From an uncultured Dehalococcoidia bacterium (lineage in GTDB: Bacteria > Chloroflexota > Dehalococcoidia > Lucifugimonadales > UBA1127), in NCBI GenBank assembly GCA_964625945.1, contig CAZVDP010000010.1:38166-102165 (forward strand): a DNA stretch of 64,000 bases, given 5' to 3'. The position numbers and the translations under genes were made by a program. Shown one piece after another: positions 57,744-64,000 of the stretch. Positions within the stretch are counted from its first letter, which is position 1, and each line of letters begins with the position of its first letter. The notes under the pieces were generated by a model. It did no database searches. It saw only the letters and a list, made by a program, of their open reading frames with translations, and was not told where the DNA came from.

Positions 57744-58802
57744 GTGGCAAACACCACTCAGTCAACGATCGCGCTGCTACAACAACTGAAGTCAACGGCA
57801 TTGATAGAACTTTCAGTTGTATCCGATCAGACAGCATTAGAATCGTGGCGAGTCACCTACTTAAGCAGGCGCAGTGGGAAACTAACCCAAGAGCTCCGAA
57901 ATTTGGCGTCGTTGCCCGCTGAATCAAGACGCGTCGTCGGCGCAGCTGCAAACTCGATCAAAGTCGAGATGGAAGCAGCCTACGAAAACACTCGCTCGCA
58001 CCTAACTCATAGTAATGTGCCGACGGATCCTCGTTTAATTGATATGTCACTCCCCGGATCATTGATTCCCATGGGTCGGCTCCACCCAACAACGCAGATC
58101 CTCAATGAAGTGTGCGATGCGTTCGGCGCGATGGGTTTCCAGGTTGTCGAAGGTCCAGAGGTCGAGTGGGAGCGATTTAATTTTGAGATGCTTAACATCC
58201 CCAAGGACCACCCAGCTAGAGATATGTGGAACACTCTGTGGGTGGACGTTCCCCAATCAAAGGCAGATGGCGCCATGCTACTGCGAACCCACACATCACC
58301 CATGCAAGCTCGTGTTATGCTAGCGAGTGAACCACCGCTACGAGTCATTATTCCGGGGCGCTGCTATCGATACGAAGCAACCGATGCTACACATGAATGG
58401 CACTTTTTCCAAGTTGAAGGATTAGCAGTCGACGAAGGTCTTACCTTTGCAGAACTTAAAGGCACACTATTCGAATTCGCTCGCCGAGTATTCGGCCCCA
58501 CCCGGCAGGTACGTTTTAGATGCGACTATTTTCCGTTCGTTGAGCCAGGTGTAGATATGTCGATAGACTGTTTCCAATGTAACGGTAATGGTTGTCGAGT
58601 CTGCGGGAAGACAGGATGGATCGAAATCATGGGAGCAGGGATGGTACATCCAGAAGTATTACGTATGGCAGGCTACGACCCAGGCAAGTATTCTGGCTTC
58701 GCATTCGGCATCGGCGCTGAACGAATAGCTATGCTTAAATATGGCATTGACGATATCCGGCATTTCTACAGCAACGACATCCGCTTCCTGCGACAATTCT
58801 AG
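57744..58802 (+). CDS. pheS: phenylalanine--tRNA ligase alpha subunit
   Basis: HPARDM, LLRTHTSPMQ, YFPFVEP, GFAFGIG; GTG start after GAGGGA. Confidence 0.96.
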   Translation: MANTTQSTIALLQQLKSTALIELSVVSDQTALESWRVTYLSRRSGKLTQELRNLASLPAESRRVVGAAANSIKVEMEAAYENTRSHLTHSNVPTDPRLIDMSLPGSLIPMGRLHPTTQILNEVCDAFGAMGFQVVEGPEVEWERFNFEMLNIPKDHPARDMWNTLWVDVPQSKADGAMLLRTHTSPMQARVMLASEPPLRVIIPGRCYRYEATDATHEWHFFQVEGLAVDEGLTFAELKGTLFEFARRVFGPTRQVRFRCDYFPFVEPGVDMSIDCFQCNGNGCRVCGKTGWIEIMGAGMVHPEVLRMAGYDPGKYSGFAFGIGAERIAMLKYGIDDIRHFYSNDIRFLRQF

Positions 58803-58920
58803 TCATCTTTATAGGTACTATAGGTACAGTGAGTAGGTTACGGAACATGATTCCACTCAACAGAGGTAACCCTGGATCATAGTCTGAAACGAGAACTTCA
58901 CACTCCAAAGGATTGATACT

Positions 58921-61323
58921 ATGCGAGTTCCACTATCTTGGTTAAGAGATTTCGTTGATTGGCCAATGGCTGACCAAGATCTCGCAGATCGCCTCACTAT
59001 GGCTGGCCTCGAAGTCGCCGCAATTGAATCTATTGGTGCTGACTGGGGAGAGTGTTTCATTGGAAAAGTAGTGTCAGTGGGTCGGCACCCAAATGCTGAT
59101 CGACTGTCATTGTGCACGGTCGACATTGGCACCACACAAGTGCAAGTGGTCTGCGGAGCGCCGAATGTGGCTGCTGGTCAGACCATTGCATTCGCTAACC
59201 CCGGATCGTTATTGGTCAATGCCAAAGATGGAACGAAACACACTCTACAATCCGCGGTAATCAGAGGAATCCGCTCCGAAGGAATGATCTGCTCAGAAAA
59301 GGAGTTGGGTTTGGGAGAAGATCATGACGGCATTCTAGTCCTCGACGATGCCTTAGCAGCAGGAACGCCACTTGCGGCCGTGTTGGGAGATACTATCCTT
59401 GATATTGAGACCACAGCCAATCGCCCCGATGCATTATCCTTGCTTGGTATAGCCTACGAGGTGGCCGCGATCAGTGACTCGGATGTCCGTTTCCCGGAAC
59501 TCCAATACGACCTAGGCCCAGACAGTATTAAAGATTCCGTTTCAGTCGAGGTTCCAGATCCGGCACTATGCCCACGCTATGTTGCCACAATGATCCAAAA
59601 TCTCGAAGTTGCTCCATCTCCCGGATGGATGCAAGACCGCCTCCGTAAAGCCGGATTCCGCCCGATTAACAACATAGTAGACATAACCAACTACGTGATG
59701 TTGGAACTTGGACAACCACTCCACGCGTTCGATTCCCAACGCTTACACTCCGGAGCCATCATTGTACGTTCAGCGCACGCAGGTGAGACAATCAAAACCT
59801 TAGATGAAATAACCAGGAAATTGGACCCACACACACTAGTTATTGCCAACGGAGACACGCCGATAGCGATTGCGGGCATCATCGGGGGAGCCGAGACTGA
59901 AGTGATCTCCACCTCCAAATCTATCCTACTTGAATCCGCGAGCTTCCACCCATTTAATACTCGAGCCTCAAGCGGAAGATTGCGACTCCGAACTGAAGCT
60001 TCATTGCGATTTGAAAAGGGGCTTCGGCCGGACCTCCCTCTAATGGGACTGCATCGCGCGACTCGCTTGCTATCCGAAATCGCTGGAGGAATCCCGGCTA
60101 GAGAGGTTATCGATGTTTACCCACAAAAGCGCACGCCTCCTACTCCATCTCTAACCAAGTCTAGGCTTCAAGGCACCCTTGGATTTACAATCAGCCTGAA
60201 TGAAGCCAAAGTCGCTTTAAGCCGTCTCGGTTTTTCATCGACACAAGACAAGACAGAGAAATTACAGGTAACCGTACCACCATGGCGGTCTGACATTTCA
60301 CTCGAAGACGACCTCATAGAGGAAGTCGCTCGAGTCATCGGCTATGACCGGATTCCTACACACCCGCTAAGTCGTCCCATCCCTTCCTACGTTCCTAACC
60401 CCATGAGAATGCTCAAGAAGACGATTACAGAATCCCTTGTTCGCTCTGCATTCCAGGAGGTCGTAACATACCCACTCATCAGTGCAAGCGATCTAGCAAA
60501 AGTGTCAGAAGATCCGAAGTCAAGTCTGGCGATAGCGAACCCACTCTCACCTGAGCATCGGTTCCTCAGAACGACGCTCGTTCCTAGTATCTTGAACACT
60601 CTCTCACCGAATGTTCGTCGCGAACGAGGCCCTATCCGCCTCTGCGAGGTCTCCCGTGTCTATCTGCCAAGGGACAATCAACTTCCCGATGAGCGCGAGA
60701 CATTGGTAGCAGTACTCACTGGGCCACATGAACCTCCAAGCTGGCGCAACCAACCTAGAATCCTGGACTTCTTTGACGCTAAAGGGATAGCCGACACGCT
60801 ATTCGCGACTTTGGGCGTAGAGGTTGAATATCAGTCAGTCGAGCACCCGCTTCTGGAGAATTCGAAAGGAGTCCAGATCAGCATCGCTGGTGCCGTTGCG
60901 GGTTTTATCGGAGAGATAAACACAGCAGTCCTCCAGTCTTTTGATATCGACGTGCAGTCCGTAGCGTTATTACAATTGGACCTTAGTTGTCTAGTTACAC
61001 CCTTCGGGAAACATACAAAGACTTTCACTCCGTTACCAAAGTACCCAGAAGCGATTCGTGACATTGCGCTTGTCGCCGACACGACCATTCCCGCAGTCTC
61101 TATTCAGGCGCTTATCGAATCCCATCCGCTTGTGGCCGAGGCTCTCCTATTCGATATCTACACTGGAGACCAAGTTCCAGCAGGAAAACGCTCACTGAAC
61201 TACTCGATCATACTCCGCTCTGAGAACAAGACCCTAGATACGAAGGAAATCCAACAAGCTATGGACGCCGTACTCAACCAGCTTGAATCAGAGTTGAAGG
61301 TTACACTGAGACAAGGACTCTAA
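58921..61323 (+). CDS. pheT: phenylalanine--tRNA ligase beta subunit
   Basis: MRVPLSWL, VVCGAPNV, SEGMICS, NRPD, DLIEEVAR. Confidence 0.96.
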   Translation: MRVPLSWLRDFVDWPMADQDLADRLTMAGLEVAAIESIGADWGECFIGKVVSVGRHPNADRLSLCTVDIGTTQVQVVCGAPNVAAGQTIAFANPGSLLVNAKDGTKHTLQSAVIRGIRSEGMICSEKELGLGEDHDGILVLDDALAAGTPLAAVLGDTILDIETTANRPDALSLLGIAYEVAAISDSDVRFPELQYDLGPDSIKDSVSVEVPDPALCPRYVATMIQNLEVAPSPGWMQDRLRKAGFRPINNIVDITNYVMLELGQPLHAFDSQRLHSGAIIVRSAHAGETIKTLDEITRKLDPHTLVIANGDTPIAIAGIIGGAETEVISTSKSILLESASFHPFNTRASSGRLRLRTEASLRFEKGLRPDLPLMGLHRATRLLSEIAGGIPAREVIDVYPQKRTPPTPSLTKSRLQGTLGFTISLNEAKVALSRLGFSSTQDKTEKLQVTVPPWRSDISLEDDLIEEVARVIGYDRIPTHPLSRPIPSYVPNPMRMLKKTITESLVRSAFQEVVTYPLISASDLAKVSEDPKSSLAIANPLSPEHRFLRTTLVPSILNTLSPNVRRERGPIRLCEVSRVYLPRDNQLPDERETLVAVLTGPHEPPSWRNQPRILDFFDAKGIADTLFATLGVEVEYQSVEHPLLENSKGVQISIAGAVAGFIGEINTAVLQSFDIDVQSVALLQLDLSCLVTPFGKHTKTFTPLPKYPEAIRDIALVADTTIPAVSIQALIESHPLVAEALLFDIYTGDQVPAGKRSLNYSIILRSENKTLDTKEIQQAMDAVLNQLESELKVTLRQGL

Positions 61324-61332
61324 GAGGTACCT

Positions 61333-62631
61333 ATGGCTCCCCACATTCATACCGAAGATCATGGCTTTATGCTTAGTGTTGAGAAAGCCCTTGGAAAGAT
61401 TTTGGCGAATTTCTCTACCCTAGATTCAACGGATGCCCCCACAATCGAAGCCTTAGGTTTGACACTCGACCAAGATATTCTTGCCGACTTCGATATCCCT
61501 CCATCGTCTAACTCGGCCATGGACGGATACGCAGTTCGCTACGAAGATGTTGCAAACGCATCTCGACAGAAAGCGACACTCTTAACCGTCATCGATCAAA
61601 TCCCTGCCGGATCATTGCCAACGAAGCACATTACCAAAGGAACAACTGCCCGGATTATGACGGGTGCTCCTATCCCTCCCGGAGCCGACACCGTGATCCC
61701 TTTTGAACAAACGGATGAAATTGAACGCACACAAGCTGGAAAACCATTACACTGCATTAACATACATGGTCGCGGGCCTCAAGGAAATCACGTTCGCCCT
61801 CAAGGCGAAGATGTTCATAAAGGGCAGTTAGTCCTGCACAGAGGAACAATCCTGAGACCTCCCCACATTGGAGTTCTCGGATCGCTCGGCATATCGAAAG
61901 TGCGAGTCATCCGAAGACCGAGAGTAGGAATATTATCGACCGGGGATGAATTGGTTTCCCCGGGGGAACCATTGCCTGCAGGAAGCATTTACGACTCGAA
62001 CAGCTTCAGCCTAGCAGCCTCGGTGAGACGATATGGCGGGATACCTGAATTACTGGGTATCGCGGCAGATAATATCGTGGATACAGAAAGGAAATTATTA
62101 AACGGTATTAACTGTGATCTTCTGTTAACGTCGGCGGGCGTTTCCAAGGGAGCATTTGACCTCGTGAAGAATGTTTTGGCCAAACACGGAGAAATGCAAT
62201 TCTGGTCCGTACGGATGCGTCCCGCAAAACCACTCGCCTTCGGTTTGCTACGGAACCCTCAAGGTGGCACAACTCCGCACATAGGACTGCCCGGAAACCC
62301 TGTTAGTTCGCTGGTAGCCTTTGAACAATTCTGCCGACCTGCTATCCTATGTATGCTGGGAAGGACTAAATATCAAAAACCTACAGTTCGTGCCACGCTC
62401 AAGGCACCTATCGACAATCCAGATGGAAGACGAGTCTACGCGAGAGTTTGGGTGGAGTCCTCAGGAAAGAAATATACCGCTACTACGGTCGGCCCCGACG
62501 GGAGCAACTTGTTGACCTCTATGGTTCGAGCGAATGGACTAGCTATCTGTCCGGAAAACATCAGGCGCTGCGACGTAGGCGAAACTGTTGATGTCCAAAT
62601 GTTAAATTGGGATGAGGAGATAGAAATCTAA
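61333..62631 (+). CDS. moeA: molybdopterin molybdotransferase MoeA
   Basis: SAMDGYA, IMTGAPIP, STGDEL, LPGNPVS. Confidence 0.93.
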   Translation: MAPHIHTEDHGFMLSVEKALGKILANFSTLDSTDAPTIEALGLTLDQDILADFDIPPSSNSAMDGYAVRYEDVANASRQKATLLTVIDQIPAGSLPTKHITKGTTARIMTGAPIPPGADTVIPFEQTDEIERTQAGKPLHCINIHGRGPQGNHVRPQGEDVHKGQLVLHRGTILRPPHIGVLGSLGISKVRVIRRPRVGILSTGDELVSPGEPLPAGSIYDSNSFSLAASVRRYGGIPELLGIAADNIVDTERKLLNGINCDLLLTSAGVSKGAFDLVKNVLAKHGEMQFWSVRMRPAKPLAFGLLRNPQGGTTPHIGLPGNPVSSLVAFEQFCRPAILCMLGRTKYQKPTVRATLKAPIDNPDGRRVYARVWVESSGKKYTATTVGPDGSNLLTSMVRANGLAICPENIRRCDVGETVDVQMLNWDEEIEI

Positions 62632-63083
62632 TGACAACCCTCTCGACGGAAAATGTACAAGAGACGACACCTTCACCTAGCTACGCGATTGATCCCAATT
62701 GGTACGGTACAAAGGGATTCTCCCTTTACTACCTAGCTGGGCTACGACGTTGCCAAGATTGTGAAAAGACGACTCTCAAAGCCCAAGCGACTGAACAATC
62801 TAAGGCTAAGGCTTTGGATTGGAGGTCACAATCTAAAGCAATACAGACTTGCTGCTCAAAGAAGGCGGGATACATCACATCACAAACTCCCATGTTGGAA
62901 TCCGTATTCCGTTTATTGCTTAAAACCCCGCGGCAAACCCTAACCATCGAAAACCTTTTCGCCGGACTTCAGAGTTCATGGATCACCGGTCTGAGCCCAA
63001 GAGACCCATCCTTCTCGACACTCGCCTGGGTTTTGGACCGTCAGTCTGCCTACGGCATAGCAAAGACCGTCTCCGCGAATTAA
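62631..63083 (+). CDS. hypothetical Cys-containing protein
   Basis: ATG overlaps the moeA stop (TAATG); CQDC and CC motifs. Confidence 0.7.
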   Translation: MTTLSTENVQETTPSPSYAIDPNWYGTKGFSLYYLAGLRRCQDCEKTTLKAQATEQSKAKALDWRSQSKAIQTCCSKKAGYITSQTPMLESVFRLLLKTPRQTLTIENLFAGLQSSWITGLSPRDPSFSTLAWVLDRQSAYGIAKTVSAN

Positions 63084-63201
63084 TCTTGCCATACTGGGTT
63101 TGAAGATCTGTGATTCTGCGCCGATTTAGGCGCCTCGTTTACGCGGCCAATCCAAGACGATATGCAGGCGCTAGAACGACACGGGCAGTTGAAGGACATT
63201 A

Positions 63202-64000
63202 ATGCTAGTAGATTCTCATACCCATCTCGAGCAGTATCCCGATTATGAACTAGACGCGATACTCGCTCGCAGTAGAGATGCTCGCGTACAGGCAATATTT
63301 CTCGCAGGAACAACTGTCCTAGATTCTCACAGGACGGCGTACCTTGCCTCTCAATATCGTAACTTGTTCGCCGGAGTGGGCGTCCATCCTACAGAGGTTT
63401 TTTCACTCTGGACTCCTCATACCTTAGGAGAACTTGAAGCCATTCTGAATGAATCCAATCGAGTATTGGCCATAAGTGAAATCGGCTTAGACTTCACCGT
63501 TCCACCCGATTCTTTCCCAAGTCAATACAGTGCATTTCGAGAGCAAATTGAACTTGCAAGGAAAGTCGATTTGCCAATCATCTTTCACTCACGAGAAGAT
63601 TCGTCGTCCGAAGGAAAGCATGACGAAACTCTCCGTCTACTGCGTGAGGAAAAAGCATGGGAAGTTGGTGGAGTTATGCATTATTTCCAGGCTTCCCGTC
63701 ACGTTGCAGATCAGTGCCTAGATCTCGGATTCTATATCTCCTTAGGGAAACCGTTGTTGCGCTCGACCTCTTTACAGGAGACGGCGAGAGAAATCCCATT
63801 GAACTCAATTGTCCTTGAAACAGATAGCTACCCACAACCGTTTAAGGCGCGAAGGGAATTATGGACCGAACCAAAAGACGTCCTTGAAGTGGCCACAAAG
63901 CTGGCTGACATTCGAAGGATTACCCTAGAAGAGGTTGCATATACGACTACGCAGAATATGTTAAGACTATATGCAAAGGCATCTCGGTTGCACTTGAAAG
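63202..64000 (+). CDS. tatD: TatD family hydrolase, runs off the window end
   Basis: not in the ORF track; ATG 63202 reads MLVDSHTHL...GVHP...SEIGLD...FHSRE...MHYF...LETDSYP. Confidence 0.88.
   Translation, partial: MLVDSHTHLEQYPDYELDAILARSRDARVQAIFLAGTTVLDSHRTAYLASQYRNLFAGVGVHPTEVFSLWTPHTLGELEAILNESNRVLAISEIGLDFTVPPDSFPSQYSAFREQIELARKVDLPIIFHSREDSSSEGKHDETLRLLREEKAWEVGGVMHYFQASRHVADQCLDLGFYISLGKPLLRSTSLQETAREIPLNSIVLETDSYPQPFKARRELWTEPKDVLEVATKLADIRRITLEEVAYTTTQNMLRLYAKASRLHLK

Noticed and set aside
58810-58827. TATAGGTAC tandem duplicate between pheS and pheT
   Set aside because: Only two 9-bp copies with no supporting context

Overview
Bacterial chromosomal segment, densely coding, with no rRNA, CRISPR array, integrase or transposase seen. 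Gene content (paralogous amidohydrolase_2, DinB-fold, RraA, MBL, SDR and MFS genes) and an AGAAC-N4-GTTCT LexA-type box suggest Chloroflexota, probably Dehalococcoidia/SAR202-like; this is inference. Housekeeping genes: trpS, sucCD, ychF, crcB, tsaD, pheST, moeA, a truncated tatD and four tRNAs (Gly-TCC, Ala-GGC, Ser-TGA, Thr-CGT). Best leads: (1) an AT-richer, SOS-boxed mutagenesis cassette imuB / small ImuB-C-like ORF / DUF72 / dnaE2 with no imuA, whose second ORF appears to need an ATT start or a -1 frameshift; (2) a DUF3179 lipoprotein split by an in-frame TGA in a U-x-x-C motif, followed by a SECIS-like hairpin; (3) a tightly coupled menA-CPBP-cupin-menG-ABC importer-hydrolase operon that looks like quinone-precursor salvage; (4) a three-gene His/Cys-rich putative copper or metal handling module; (5) a solo XRE gene preceded by three phased 11-bp repeats. 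All family calls come from motif recognition by eye; no database search was run.
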